A DNA stretch of 63,051 bases, filler included, from Asterionella formosa (lineage: Eukaryota): assembly GCA_002256025.1 (NCBI GenBank). It is 8 parts of 8 records of this genome, joined end to end, with 100 filler letters (N's around TTAATTAATTAA, not from the genome) between each part and the next. Parts side by side here need not be neighbours in the genome. Positions count along the whole stretch, not along the records: positions 23,715 to 31,517 come from NKIB01012385.1; positions 31,618 to 39,411 come from NKIB01012386.1; 6 more parts are not named here. One strand, 5' to 3'. The translations under genes were made by a program, and so were the position numbers. How positions within the stretch are numbered: position 1 is the first letter of the stretch; every line of letters starts with the position of its first letter. Below the pieces are notes generated by a model that saw only the letters and a list, made by a program, of their open reading frames with translations, was not told the origin of the DNA and did not search any database. Shown here piece by piece: positions 23,615 to 36,859 of this stretch.

Positions 23615-26600
23615 NNNNNNNNNNNNNNNNNNNNNNNNNNNNNNNNNNNNNNNNNNNNTTAATTAATTAANNNNNNNNNNNNNNNNNNNNNNNNNNNNNN
23701 NNNNNNNNNNNNNNACAGGTGAATGCATTCCTTTTATGACGTCATGTACAAAGCCTTGAAGATTCATCATGTAATAGCAGGGAATAGGACCGTATGTGCA
23801 CTATAATCTAGACAATCAAAGGCAAAATGAAGACTGTAGTAGTATATAATAGAGATACATACCATCAGGTCTGTTGGGTGTTGTGGTGGTGGACAACTGG
23901 AGGATGCAATCCAGGTGAATAAAATACTGGATTGTGACCTCACACAGGAGGACAAATGTACTCCAATGCAAAATGCTAGTGATAGAACTGTTTTAAAACA
24001 CAAACAAGAGAAATGAAGAACAACAATGTGAGGTAACAACTAAAGTGTTGAAAATTTTATTGTAGACCAATATGCAACAAAAATAACATAACATTGTCTT
24101 GGTTGTCCCCATAAGGCATAATCCAAGACAAGATGATGTTCTTCTGTTGATAAATCCTTCCTCTTGTGCTTGTTGCTGAGAATAGGATTGGCAAAAAGGG
24201 GATCTTCTGCCTTGGTTTACTAGCTACATTGGTTCTTTCGATGCTGGACAAGAAGCAAAACTCGAAAAAGGTCAGAAGCATTTATATGTAGTTGCCAATT
24301 TTGAATTTATTAATATGATCACAATCTCTGTGAAGTGAAAATAAGTATGTTCTCGACCTTGCAAGAAAAACGCGACATCATGGTGCTATTGGTGAGTTCA
24401 ATTTTCGTTTTCAATATTAGTGTTCGTAAAATATTTATTTTGCAATTGCATCTTTCTGTTTAGAACTTGATCTATGAATCAAATAGGAAAGCGTCGTTCT
24501 TAATTTTCGAGGAGATATTCGATATTTTCGTCATTACATGGAGCACTGCTGCCTTGCTTGTCATGTGCAGATAGGATTTTCGCTCTGGCATGTCCCTACT
24601 AGGAACATGTAGTAGAAGCAATCAGCCTCGTATTTAAAGGATGCAAATTAATTTAGCTCTTTCATAGTTTTCCATAAAATATTATTTGATGATTTCAGTG
24701 GATTGAAACCCGCCTTAAAAAGTATATGACAAACTGTATTGCCATTTTGGAGAATTTAAATTTAAATTGTGTATCCTGGCAGACGATTACCAGGATGAAA
24801 TGTGGAGCAGAATGGTGTTGAGGGCTATGAGGAGTGCTGCTATCACTTTGGGGTGGGTTGACGCCAGGGTATAACAGTGAGCTTGCTTCTTTGCAGCAGC
24901 AGTAGTGTTGAGGGATTTGGCGGAGGTGTCATTTGGAGTAGAGAGATGTGACGAGCGCCTTTCGCTGCTGTGGAGGACCAAAGCGGTGGGTGTGGTGGAT
25001 GTGTGAAGGGGTTCAATAGTGGTGGTCGGAGGTACAGAGGGTCGAATAGGGGAGATAGGTGGGGGGGGGGATAAAAGAGATTGAATTACAGTGGAGTCAA
25101 TGTTGTGTTGTTGACAAAGTTGATGGTACAATTATATATATTTATCATTTTCGCAGCAAATTCTTACCCTATTCTTTTTCTAGAGTTACCTTCTGTGCGC
25201 TCCATGGGTCCCAAGGTGGGGCAGTGGAAAGGTTTGGGTGGTAGTCCTCACTTCCTTGTGTAGAAGTAGTATAAACATCGTGCTAGCTTTGTTCTTGGGT
25301 CAGTTCTCGACGACTGCACTTCTCGTGTCAGCAGGAGAATTAGATGGTGGCTGATTGTGGATTGGATCTAAGATTTTTATTTTGGCCAAACTTCTGGTGG
25401 TTCTATTTGAAGTATCCATTACAAATGCTAATTCCAGGGCTTGGAACTCATTGTTTTCGTCTTTGTCTTAGTATACCATAAAATTATTGCTTTGAACAGC
25501 ACATCCAGCTCAGGCGCCATTTCTTTATTGGTGACTTCTTTATTTCTCTGTTTTCTTCATGCTTGTCAATGTTTTAGCACATTGCTATTCTTATATTCTT
25601 CTTCTTGCACTGTAGTAGTGCTAACTGTCTTGAACAGGGTAAACTTTGCTTTTCTTTTCTCTTGTTGGTCTTGGTATGGTTCTTCTTCTGTTCATATTGT
25701 GTTGATACCATTGCCATGAATTCCCCAATTGTAGTGTTTGTGTCAAACACCCAATTGACATCCATGAAATCGCCTCTGTTCTCTGCTCCTGCATTAAAGA
25801 CAACTTTGTATGATTTTTCAAACTTTCCTCCTCTTTCTGCATTCTCTTATTATCCGATTTCATTACTATCTTAGCTATGGATCTGTCCCAAATGAATGAT
25901 TTCTTCCTTCTCTGCTTGGTTGGCTTCTTGGACAGCACCTTTTGTTGTGGTGAATTGTTTGTTTCTAGGATATCAGTAAATTCTGTGATCAGCGCTGTGG
26001 TACTGTAGTAGTCTTTCATGAACTCACCTTAATACTTGGCAAAACAGTATTTGTACAGTACATTTTTATTCTACAAAGATCCACAGCAGCGCGCACTACT
26101 ACGGCAATTGAGCCGGAGAAAATCATACGAGTCGAAATTGCCCCGGAAATTGTTTTCGACACAAAGAATGTTTTCGACCAGAGGTAGGACCAGTCAATTA
26201 CAAGGTTGAAGGTATACTACACAAACAATGATACCAGGGCCTCGGATGTTATGATATAAAGCTACCGGCAGCTGAGTGCCTCATGAAACTACATTGGGTA
26301 GCCATTGTAGCTAACACTACAAAATAATTTTAGCTTAAGTAAAATGTTCTATATAAATAACATTGATGTAAATAAATTTTATGTACACATGCATCCTTAA
26401 TCTTGTTGTTCTTGTTGTATTCATCAATGACAAACATGAAATCGAAGTCTATTGCACAGCAATGGGTATGAAATCGTTGTTGTATCTTCATTGTAACTAC
26501 TATATGAATTTATTTGAGAAATTAATGTGTAGTTTCAGTTCCAGCTTGCCCACTATCAAGCTCAAGAGCTTTTCCATGTGAAACGATTGGTCATGTAGGG

Positions 26601-27443
26601 GGTGCAGATCTGTGTGCCCAACACAAAATAGTTCATATTATATAAACCAAATCATGTTGTCCTGTGCCGCTTCCTGTGTTGACTAGTTGCGCTAGTCACG
26701 GAGGAAATAACACTATTTGAAGCGGTTCAGGAGGATGTTTTATTGTTGAGTAAAGCAAGAGAATAAAGACAACAAGATGGATGTGATTGTAACATCAATC
26801 ATTGCACAAAATGTTATAAACCATTTTAGTTTAGGATTTATGCTAATGCCATGCCTACATACAGAGTAGTGGCCCCAAAAATTGCATCCAGCCGTATATA
26901 TACCGGTATACGGTTCCTGCGTGCGAAACCCCGGGATTTTTAGAACCGACAAAAGTCATCAATGACAGCATCCGTTCCGATGTCAATGTCATGTCTTGTG
27001 CTGAGTACATCTCAACAGCAGGCAAAATGTTCATTTATCATGTCCATTTGAGTCACGAAATGGTCGCGAAATTACATAGTGGAGGTAGACTAACCTCTAG
27101 TACATTATTATAGTTCTGCTAAATAGAAAAAAGTGCTCTTATTCGAAATCAATTAAAGTAGCTGTACTGCACACATTTCACGCCTCACAGTTTGTAATAA
27201 ATAGCTATATATATTTAGAAAGGAAATGTTGACTGACCCTACAGGTATGTTCAAGTCATCATGCGTATAAAAAAGGTGTCAGGGAGACTAAAAAGTACAA
27301 GTTCCGACATTTCATCGATCCCTGTCAATTTCACGCCTGTAGGATTGTACGAGGAAAAATCCTACATGGCCAAAATTCCCGTAAATACATTCATTCTGAC
27401 ATTGCAGAAAACCAAAAAAATTAAGGGCATAAGTGATCCAAAA

Positions 27444-30182
27444 ATGGCGCCGTTGACGGAACTGCGTGTTTCAGAGGTCCAAGTCTCACCTACAACGTCG
27501 AAGAACTCCAGGTCTCGAAGGAGCAGCCGTAACGGTAACCCGCCAGTCAGTAGCGACGGAGCCATGACATCTGTCTCGGAAGAAGAGACGTTGCAATTGT
27601 CTAGTCAGACCATCATGAACGACCCCCAGAAGAGTGAGCACAACTCATTCGTCCTCCCTCACATCGAAGAATGCAGAGGGGCTGAGTACGATTCCGACGC
27701 AGACAAAGACTGTTCGGCTTCGGTAACATCCCGCATGAGTCAACCCTTTGTTCAGTTTGGGCCTTCCATATACGGACGTCGAGGGATGACCGCCGGCGGC
27801 GATCGAGCAACAACTGGAGGAGGCGCCTACGCTGGACTGGGATTCAACAACATTGCGCTAGAAAATGAGCATGAGCTAGTAGCGTGTGTCAGTTCTCTCA
27901 ACATTGATGCGCTGAGTGATTCGTCCCTCTATGAGACTCCGCCTCTCCCGTCGTCAGCAATGACTATGTCTACACCACTCATGTCTCAAGGCGCTCAGCA
28001 AGGACGAGTGGGGAAGCTTGCAAAAAGCAGTTCCAAGAAAAAGCGACTCGTTACGAAGATCAAGGGAAGAAAGAGCAGAAATCAAGCTCAGACACAGGAT
28101 GTTGACGAAGAGTCTGTCGTCTCCGCAGTTACTGCTTTGGTCAACAACAAGACAGTCAAGAGGTCGGCCTCTCTGCCTCCAGCGAGAACTGATTTTAAGT
28201 CACAGTTCTCATGTCCCACCGGAATGATGAGTACGGAAAATTCCTTGGCCGTTCCCATGCTTTCACGACAGCATTCTGATAGGGCAGCTCCCATGAAATG
28301 GCAGAATGATAACCCCATGCTGCCTACACCCCGAACAATGGACTACAGGCAAGGAAGCTACGAAACAAATGCTAATGGACCGACCTCGGTCCACACAAGA
28401 AAGTTGGAATCTGAGCCTCATCATCAGTCATTCACTCACATGCCGCCTGATCGAGAAAGATGCAACACCTCACAAGGATCACCACCACAACCTAGGCGCA
28501 AAATTTCCATTTCTGGAATTCTCAGGCCGAACCAATTCCAGAACTACGCACAAGACGAGGACTCCCACACAACGGGGAATGGCGAAGGGTCTCAGCAATC
28601 TACGCATTCCTTCCGGCCAGTGCCTGTTACTTCCGACACACATCAGTATGTATTGTCTCATCAACCCATGATGTCGCATTCGGGACAGTCGGGATTACCG
28701 CAATCTGCCGTGCCGCCCCAATATGTCATGCCAAATGGTGACAATTCTCACCATGTTCCACAAAGTTATTCACGTCAAACATCAAGTCAAGCAGAACCAA
28801 CTATTGTTGCCGCCAAGGTACCAAAAGAAAAAGTAAAGAGTCGCCTTGCCCGCCTCATCATGAGCAATCATGTCCAAGCTGATTTTGATATTGGAAGTGA
28901 AATTAGGGATCGAGTAAGTTATCATAGTGATCCATTAGAACTGGAGGTGGAAGGTAGTTTGACCCAGTCGAGAAGTGCTCGTGGTTTGGATGCTAGTGGA
29001 TCATCCAAAACTTCAGCAAAAAGTGGGCACCAACAGCAACAGCCTCGATTGTCTCCTAGAGCACATCCATACCATCAGGGCGGACCTCATCATCGACAGG
29101 ATGATCCTCATTACCCACCTGGTGATTCCCAGTACTATCAAGGAGGGCCTCCGTACCAACAAAGTGGACCGCTTCCATACCAACAGGACTGGCCTCCGTA
29201 CAATCAGGGTCCGCCTTACCAGCAAGGAGGAGGTCCTCAGCAGTACCCTCGGCAAGAATATGCACAGGGACCACCACAACTATACCATCAAGGTGGACCT
29301 CCACAGCAGTATCAGCACGGTATTCAGTATCAGCAACAAGGTGCACCTCTACAACAGTATCCTCATGGCCTTCCGTATCAGTACACTGGCCCACCACAGC
29401 AGTATCATCAGGAACCTCATTATCAGCAAGGAGGACCCTCTTACTACCATCCTATCCCTCAACAACAATACTTTCAGAATGGTCCACCACCTCCAATTTA
29501 TCCAACTCAACAAGGGTTTCCACCAATTCACTGGGGAACTCCTCCATCAATAAGTCAGGAAGGACCACCCCAGCGTCATACCCAATCCTCGATTCCTCCA
29601 CAAAAGTCTAAAAAAGGTCAACTTCCTCCTCCTCAATCGCCTCATCCTAGCCAGTACCATGGAACCCTTCCGGTTGAAGGTTTACCGTTGACTCCGGCGA
29701 CTGAGTATCAAAAGGAGTTACTGGTGCAACAGTATCCACACAGGGTAACGCATCCCTTGCCGTATCCATATGGGCCTCCTCACCAATATTATCAAAGCGG
29801 TCAACCACCTCATCAGCAGCAGCATGTTAGTGGGCCACGACAACATGAAGGTTACCAGGATAGTCCACCTCATTATCACTACCAAAGTGTGCGCCCTCCA
29901 CCTCAATATTTTTCCGTACCCTCCTCGAAACATAGCGGACACAATGATGACAAAATGGTCCCACCATTGATGCAGCAAAATACTTCTAGAGGTGGAGGGT
30001 TTGTAAAAGACGCGGTTGTGACTCTATCTGATCATGAACCTGAGCCACCTCCAGACCAGCGGAAGAAGAAAGGATTAAAGGGCCTCTTCGGCCGAAAGAA
30101 GACCGGCGAAGGAGCACCGGAGAAGACAGACGAGCGACATGGGTCTCAAGACTCGCAAAATTTGACAAATCGTCTCAAATAA
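27444..30182 (+). CDS. Large intrinsically disordered protein with a P/Q/Y/G/H-rich repeat region
   Basis: Uninterrupted ORF 27261-30182 (973 aa). The ATG in AAAATGG context at 27444 is the likely start. YxQGGPP-type repeats at ~29070-29500; basic clusters SSSKKKR and RKKKGLKGLFGRKK; higher GC than the flanks. Confidence 0.85.
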   Translation: MAPLTELRVSEVQVSPTTSKNSRSRRSSRNGNPPVSSDGAMTSVSEEETLQLSSQTIMNDPQKSEHNSFVLPHIEECRGAEYDSDADKDCSASVTSRMSQPFVQFGPSIYGRRGMTAGGDRATTGGGAYAGLGFNNIALENEHELVACVSSLNIDALSDSSLYETPPLPSSAMTMSTPLMSQGAQQGRVGKLAKSSSKKKRLVTKIKGRKSRNQAQTQDVDEESVVSAVTALVNNKTVKRSASLPPARTDFKSQFSCPTGMMSTENSLAVPMLSRQHSDRAAPMKWQNDNPMLPTPRTMDYRQGSYETNANGPTSVHTRKLESEPHHQSFTHMPPDRERCNTSQGSPPQPRRKISISGILRPNQFQNYAQDEDSHTTGNGEGSQQSTHSFRPVPVTSDTHQYVLSHQPMMSHSGQSGLPQSAVPPQYVMPNGDNSHHVPQSYSRQTSSQAEPTIVAAKVPKEKVKSRLARLIMSNHVQADFDIGSEIRDRVSYHSDPLELEVEGSLTQSRSARGLDASGSSKTSAKSGHQQQQPRLSPRAHPYHQGGPHHRQDDPHYPPGDSQYYQGGPPYQQSGPLPYQQDWPPYNQGPPYQQGGGPQQYPRQEYAQGPPQLYHQGGPPQQYQHGIQYQQQGAPLQQYPHGLPYQYTGPPQQYHQEPHYQQGGPSYYHPIPQQQYFQNGPPPPIYPTQQGFPPIHWGTPPSISQEGPPQRHTQSSIPPQKSKKGQLPPPQSPHPSQYHGTLPVEGLPLTPATEYQKELLVQQYPHRVTHPLPYPYGPPHQYYQSGQPPHQQQHVSGPRQHEGYQDSPPHYHYQSVRPPPQYFSVPSSKHSGHNDDKMVPPLMQQNTSRGGGFVKDAVVTLSDHEPEPPPDQRKKKGLKGLFGRKKTGEGAPEKTDERHGSQDSQNLTNRLK

Positions 30183-30543
30183 ACGGACTATCATGAATAG
30201 ACGGCTACAATTGAACTTGTCTAATTGTTGCTGTTTTGAGTTTTCATTGGCATGCTTAAATCCTTTGATGACGTCTAGTGTTGGCTTCAACTCGTTGCCA
30301 CTGTGCTGGGCAACATCGTTTTGTTTTTTGAAATTTTAGCTATATTTGCTTTTTGTTGTGTGATGATAAAAGGGCAGAAAGTAGGCGGTGAAGTTACCGG
30401 TAGTCTTGTACAATATAAGGCTGAAACTTATGGTGCACGAAATACAAAGATCGAATATTGCGAAGCTATCACGGCAAAATCTTCGATCTTCGTATTCGGG
30501 AAATTTTATTGCCACCTTAAAATGGTCCCAAAGATTAAATAGT

Positions 30544-30829
30544 GGGCGCGCTCTGATAATAAAAAATTATTATATCATGTGTGTATTATAACACAAATTA
30601 TTCTGGTGATCTGCTACATAATATCGTCCTTGCGCTCTGATAGTAGAGATATTTTAGATTACTTCTCTGACATTATATATATTTTTAACTTTAATTTTCA
30701 ACAGTTAAATTTTCATATCGATGCATCCTCTTGTATGCTATGCCGCCTCTTGTTCATTATATGCATGCGTTCTATATATTCATCATTGTCGGTCACTGAC
30801 CATGTCGACTTTCATCTCATCTCATCTCC

Positions 30830-30874
<45 letters not shown>

Positions 30875-31517
30875 CATTATGATCGCATTGCTACTGTTAG
30901 CAATGTGCTATCCACCAGTAAATAGGACGCCATCGTTCAGGGAAAGTTTGACTGTTGATGAGGTCCGAAGAAGAAGTGGCAAAATCCGTCGCCACGCACT
31001 ACAGCATCCATTATCGAGTCCATTCTGGACTTTGTTCAACAGCAAGCATGATGATGCTCTGATTACCTTGTGTGGGTTTGACCATGCTTCTTTCGAGCTC
31101 CTACACCAGCTGTTCAAACCTTGTTTTTATTCCTTCACTCCCTGTAGGAAAAATACGGATTTCATTGTTAGAAATTCAACAACAAAGAAAGGTCGGCAAA
31201 GATACCTCTGTTCCATCAGTTGTCTAGCGCTTGGGTTAGCATGGACCAGGACTCGTGGTTCCTATATGATTCTTCAGATTATTTTCGGATTAACTCATGG
31301 TTCTTTGAGTGTTTGGTTGAGGTTTTCAAGGCGAATGATTGTAAAAGTACTGCTGACACATGAAGATGCCGTTGTGAGACTGCCTACTGTAGACGAAGCC
31401 ACCTTGTTTGCAACCATGATCAATCAGAAATACTCACTTTTAACAAATTGTTGGGGAGCAATGGATGGTCTGAAACTGACCCTGCAACGGGCTGGAAATG
31501 AAACACAGCAGAACAAC
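30544..31517 (+). mobile_element. Harbinger-group (Pangu-like) element: transposase-side TIR plus transposase 5' half
   Basis: AGT|GGGCGCGCTCTGATAAT TIR; (GAT)n poly-Asp; DDALITLCGFDHASF, CLALGLAWTRTRGS, CWGAMDGLK (first catalytic D). Confidence 0.85.
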
Positions 31518-32047
31518 NNNNNNNNNNNNNNNNNNNNNNNNNNNNNNNNNNNNNNNNNNNNTTAATTAATTAANNNNNNNNNNNNNNNNNNNNNNNNNNN
31601 NNNNNNNNNNNNNNNNNAAATTTCCATGCAATTATCAACGAGCCTTTCAGTGGCTCGTCCCAACTCTGTTGACTCGCCCCAAACACGGAGTTTGTTTATC
31701 CTCGATTCCCCGACATTCAACGCAAGACATTTGCCGACGATACAGAGAAACAGGGTGTTTGATGACCACATCCTGTTGTCCCTGTCGTTGAGTATCTGAT
31801 CCTGGAACGAAATGGAAAAGCAGCGACAAGCAGGAGGCGATCAGCAATAATGGGCCGGACAAGAAACTGCGGTCGATCATCAAGACAGGTTATTATTTTT
31901 CGAATTGCGCTGGTAGGGAGAGATAATGTGAACATGTAGACCGCCCGGTATGCTGAAACCGAATGATATGACACATCGATATCGGAATCCTTGTCCTTCG
32001 TCCCTTTTCCCTAGGTTGATGAGTGCGGTTTTGTATGAAGGTATTTA

Positions 32048-32370
32048 TTACTGAAGGCAATTACGCGCCCGAGGTGGTCTCTTGCCTGCGAGTATACTTG
32101 TGTACTCGGCTGGGATGGCACTCGTAGGGTGACCTTCTCCCAGCGCCGGCCATACGAGAAGGCAAGTAGCCGGCGAGAAGGGTATTGTCGAGGCAATTCC
32201 CGCTCTAGCTATCGTCGCGTCATTCGCTTACCTAATGCCAACAAATTTAGGATAAATGTCAATTTTGGCCTACAATTGCCCATCATATATAATAAATTTT
32301 CTATATTTCCTATCTCCACCTCGAAAATCGCCAAAGGTCCGATATTGCCCATGCCCATGATTAAAATTAA
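32048..32370. repeat. Dispersed repeat (second copy ~47813-48077)
   Basis: GAGGTGGTCTCTTGCCT, CGAGAAGGCAAGTAGCCG and GCCAAAGGTC.GATATTGCCCAT are shared in the same order. Confidence 0.75.
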
Positions 32371-32475
32371 TTTTGAATATTTCAAATGTTCGCATTTTGG
32401 CAAGAAAACAGACGCCAATTGCCCCTCGGTTTTCCAGCCTAGACCCCTTGCCGAAATCGGCAAGGGGTCTACTTA

Positions 32476-33402
32476 GGGTCGTTCTTATCATTCCGAATTT
32501 GCTGTATCATTTCCGGGTTGTGGGCAAAAAAATGACGGTTGGTATCAAAACACGGTATCAGCAACGGTAACTTGATGGTATCAATTTTGTATCATTGATA
32601 CAAAATTGATACCTTTTTTGCCCCCTCCAAAAACGGTATCAGTGATACTGACGTTTTCACGCGGGTATCATTTCCGTTGTCACTGACAAGATAACCGAAA
32701 AAAAGCCTGCAGGGCAATACTTTTATTGACATCTATATAATATACACAAAAATTATTATGGTGTGCATCAAAGAAGCACGACACAATCATTATAGCGGCC
32801 GTGTGTGGTAATGTTCAGCCACAACACCAAAGAACGAAAACCACTGAGTAGAGAATTGAACAGATTGAGTCATGTTCTTAGAGAAATACCCGGTGTCTAA
32901 TTACAGGTACCTGGTGCTTGGTACCTGGAACTGATATTCGGGAACTCATGAGAAAGTACTAGGCAATAATAGAATACGAAAATGATCACGTGACTACGAC
33001 ATATACTAGCTGTGCAAATACTTTGGCTTAGGCTGTTACTACCGGTACATTCTACTATCACTCGTCCAGCACGTACTAGGCAATAGAATACGAAAATGAT
33101 CACGTGACTACAACAAATACATGTGCAGATACAATTGACTATAGTAGTCCATATACATAATTCGCGTAGATTTCTTGCATGGTTTGAGGACTGGTTTGGT
33201 ATCATTATGTACCGGTAGTCAGGAAGGAAAAGCACATGTTTGTAGCCAGCCCGTAACCGTTGAATTTTCGTGATACTTTTTGGTGATACAATTTCATTTT
33301 TATTTTTGTGGAGAATGGTTTTTTTCGGTTTAAATCGAGTAGCCATTTCATGATACATTTTCAAAAAAAATGATACCAAATCGAAAATGATAAGAACGAC
33401 CC
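32476..33402. mobile_element. Non-autonomous PIF/Harbinger (Tourist-like) element, 927 bp
   Basis: 17-bp perfect TIR GGGTCGTTCTTATCATT; TTA target duplication at 32473-32475 and 33403-33405; many subterminal GTATCA/TGATAC motifs. Confidence 0.88.
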
Positions 33403-33456
33403 TTAAGGTTCCTGCATTTGAACCCCTAGCTCGAGATAGGGTTTTAAAAAAATTAA

Positions 33457-34600
33457 GGATGCGGCCCCGCAGTTAAACATTGCGAGGTCCTTTTTTCCCA
33501 AAATAAATTTTGATGTACCTTAATCCACGCATTACGTACAATTACATAAAGTAGTTAAAGGTAAAATTAGCTTTCACCAATGCGACCACTTTGCACATGC
33601 TTAGATACAGTCATGGGTCGACTTAGGGGTATGTTCTATCTTCGGATATGGTAAGGACCTCATTTCTGGAAAGAAACTGCAGTTATGTATTGTAGAATCG
33701 TAACTATCGCAAAAAAATCAAAAAAAGGGAACGAAGCTTTTCTAAAAATCTAAGATACATAACTGCAGTTTCTCTCCAGAAGGTAACTGCTGACGTTATT
33801 GGGTACACAGGTATCTACTTTTATCTAGATGAAACCCCGCAGATGTAGAGCAATCCTCCTCCTAAAAGTCGACCCGATCGGCTTTTTCAACAGTCGCCAA
33901 AATATTGGAATCGGAATTTGTAAGTGCAAAACGTTCTAGTAGATTAAGAGTCTTGCGTAGGTATGTTTTGCTGCTGAACTCTCTCAGTCCGAAAAGACTC
34001 CAGGGTACTTTGCCGCATCACTACACATATTCTTATTGGTAGAATTGAATTTACTTACCTGCTCCGGATTGGCTAAAGTATTCCGGTCTTGTAAAATCAA
34101 GCCAGCAACACTTGAACCACACGTATTACATGTACCATACCAGTAGGTAAAATCAGTACCAGTGCACTGGTACTAGTTTCATCCTGTCTTTCATCGTCAT
34201 GAACCGAGAATATGTACTACCGGTACTCTGGTACTTCGGTCCCTGGTTACGCGCTGATCTTCATTAAACCAACATACATCAGCGTAGATTCAATATAACG
34301 CATAAACACGAACCATGAGCATACATGTTGGCATACTCCTGATTTATATATGTGTTTTGGCATTGAGAAAATGATCTCTACATACAGGAGCAATGTAGAT
34401 ATAGTATTAACGTTTAAAAATCATTTCTGTTTGTTTGAAATGGAACTCTGTCAATCTGGCTGGCGCTGATTCCCATTTAATTCAAATATTCAAATGGACT
34501 CGAATCATGGGAATTCATAGTAGTAAACTCCCTTTTCCACGCAGTTTTTACAATCCTTGTGATTTTTTCTCCAAACTAGAGTTAAGCCGGGGCCGTAACC
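33457..34600 (+). mobile_element. 1144-bp non-autonomous TIR element with TTAA TSD (Kolobok-type GG..CC termini), copy 1
   Basis: TTAA|GGATGCGGCCCC...GGGGCCGTAACC|TTAA; colinear with 59007-60150. Confidence 0.85.
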
Positions 34601-36859
34601 TTAAGTCAGAGTAGTCAAACATAGAGTTCTTACGAGTAAAACGTAAATGTACATCGCTAAATGCAGCTTTCACCAATACACACTCTTTCCATATGCTTAA
34701 ATACAGTCATTTATCAAAAAAGGGTACAGGTCAACGCCATATATCGTCAGGATATAGGATCTGGCGAGAAACTGCAGAAAGGAAATTCGGTTATTTTACT
34801 AGGCCAAAAAACTATGCTGAAAATAGTGGATTTTACCGGGCCAACTCGTTTATTTGGCCTAGTAAAAAACCCGAAGTTCCTTTCTGCAGTTTCTCACCGA
34901 AAGTTAACTTCTGGGGCTATATGAAGATTACTTATGTACTTAACTCTTCTTCAAAACCTGCCAATGTTGAGCTATCGTTGTCCGAAAATTCGACAATATC
35001 GGCCTTTTCAACGGTCACCAAAATGTCGGAATCAGAATCTCTTATCGCCGAAACGTCATCATCGGAATGGCAGTCTTGTGCTAAAATTTTTAGTCGTAAA
35101 ATCTCGTGTACAAAAAGTTCCATTGTATTTGCCCACTGCATTATTCATATTCTGTTTGGTTGTCCTTAAATCCGTTCGATTGGCACGGTTTGCGAGGTCT
35201 TGCAATCCCACGCCGGCCAAGCTGGATGCACATGAAGCATTTTCTTGGGTGTTGGTCGATCCTACCTGTATACCGGTACTATCCGTACGGAGTAGGAATA
35301 CCAAGTACAGGGTAGACCTACCGGTACTAGGTAGCTGATCATCATTGGTCTTTGTACAAGGTAGTGCACGCTTACCAGTACGATAGTACCATTAGTATGC
35401 TCATTCAAATGTTTTTCGGAGCAGCCGGCTCGTGCATGTTGCCTGCCTTGACTCTATTTGGGCTTGCAATAGTAGGCAAGGTTCGTCTTTCTTTGATCCC
35501 ATCGTCTGCTGCTTGTTATGCTAGTTGAAGAGGATCGGTGAGTGCAACAGTGAAACACTGAATGTGGATTGTAGATCGTATTTATCGATTTTCCGATTTG
35601 ATTGCTTCCGTGGTTTGTTTTGATCTTTTTCATCGTTGTTTGTCATTATGCACTGTCGTTTTGTTTCGATTGTACATATCTACATGAGAACCAATGCATT
35701 TATCAATGACTACTCATTGAAGATGTGGTATTGTGCCGTTGTTGATCGTATTTGTTGATTTGTATAGTCGTTGACAATGATGTCAATATTGCCGCCAAGC
35801 AATGCTTTTCTTGTACTAACGCGCTTTGCTACATTTCTACTACGAGTTCGTATGAGAAGCTACATAAAAACTCAGCTAGAGAGAGTCAATAGTGCTGGGC
35901 AGCGTGGCGATCACGCTTGCTCAGAATGGAATGATCAGGGTTGCTTGTTTGGTGGGCGGCAGAGAGGAATGACTGTGGCGGAAATACTGCTACTGGTGTC
36001 AGGCTACTACAGCGATGCGCATGGTTGCAGAAACCAGACCATTTACGCTACATAACGATGCAGGTCTACATTGGGTTCAGTTTTTGATATTCTTCTTTCG
36101 GTCTTCGATTATGTGGTGATGGAAAGTCAATGTTGCCTGCTGGTGTGTAAGTACTACAATGATTCACAATGCATACATCTCCATTGGAACTCTTCTTTTT
36201 TACATCATTTCTAACCCAAAACAATTTTTTCTATTTCTCATTTGATGCTACTTATTACATGGCATTTCATACTTTGGTTGCTCCAAACATCATGTTCAAT
36301 TTTCATTGATGTTGCATGTTGTTACAATCATTCTCGTGTGTTTTTTGCTTGGTGTACCATCTCTATGCATAATACCGTTATTCTGGTTGTCATGCTAAAA
36401 TCGGCAATTTTGTTGCCGAAAAGTTCGATGTGCCACATATTGCCCCTAAATAAAAATTACTTAAGAAATTGCTTAGAACCTTAAAAATTTTTAGAAGTAC
36501 CCGAATGGCAAGATGATAGCTGGAGCGGGAATTGCCGGTATATCCATAGGGGTATGTTATTAGTAGACTACCAGCATCAGTCTAAATGTACACATCTACG
36601 GTACCTGATTACATGTACAACATACTATCTTTCTATGTGAGGGCCGGCTTACTCGAAAATATGCATTTTAGCTAGTTTTTTAGACATGTGGAAAAACGTG
36701 CAATCATTAATCAAATAATTAGCATCTACATGAATTGTTCGAAATCAATTTAACAAACATACCGGTCTATCCGTTTGGTACATCTACATATCGCCAAATG
36801 CCCTTTCATATCGGTCTGCCAATGATCAAATATTTTCAGGAAAAAGAATCACACAATTC

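Noticed and set aside
24787..25440. ORF1/5' end of the LINE at 21288-23614
   Set aside because: Composition is LINE-like (S/P/T-rich on the minus strand), but it lies on a different contig and has no diagnostic motif.
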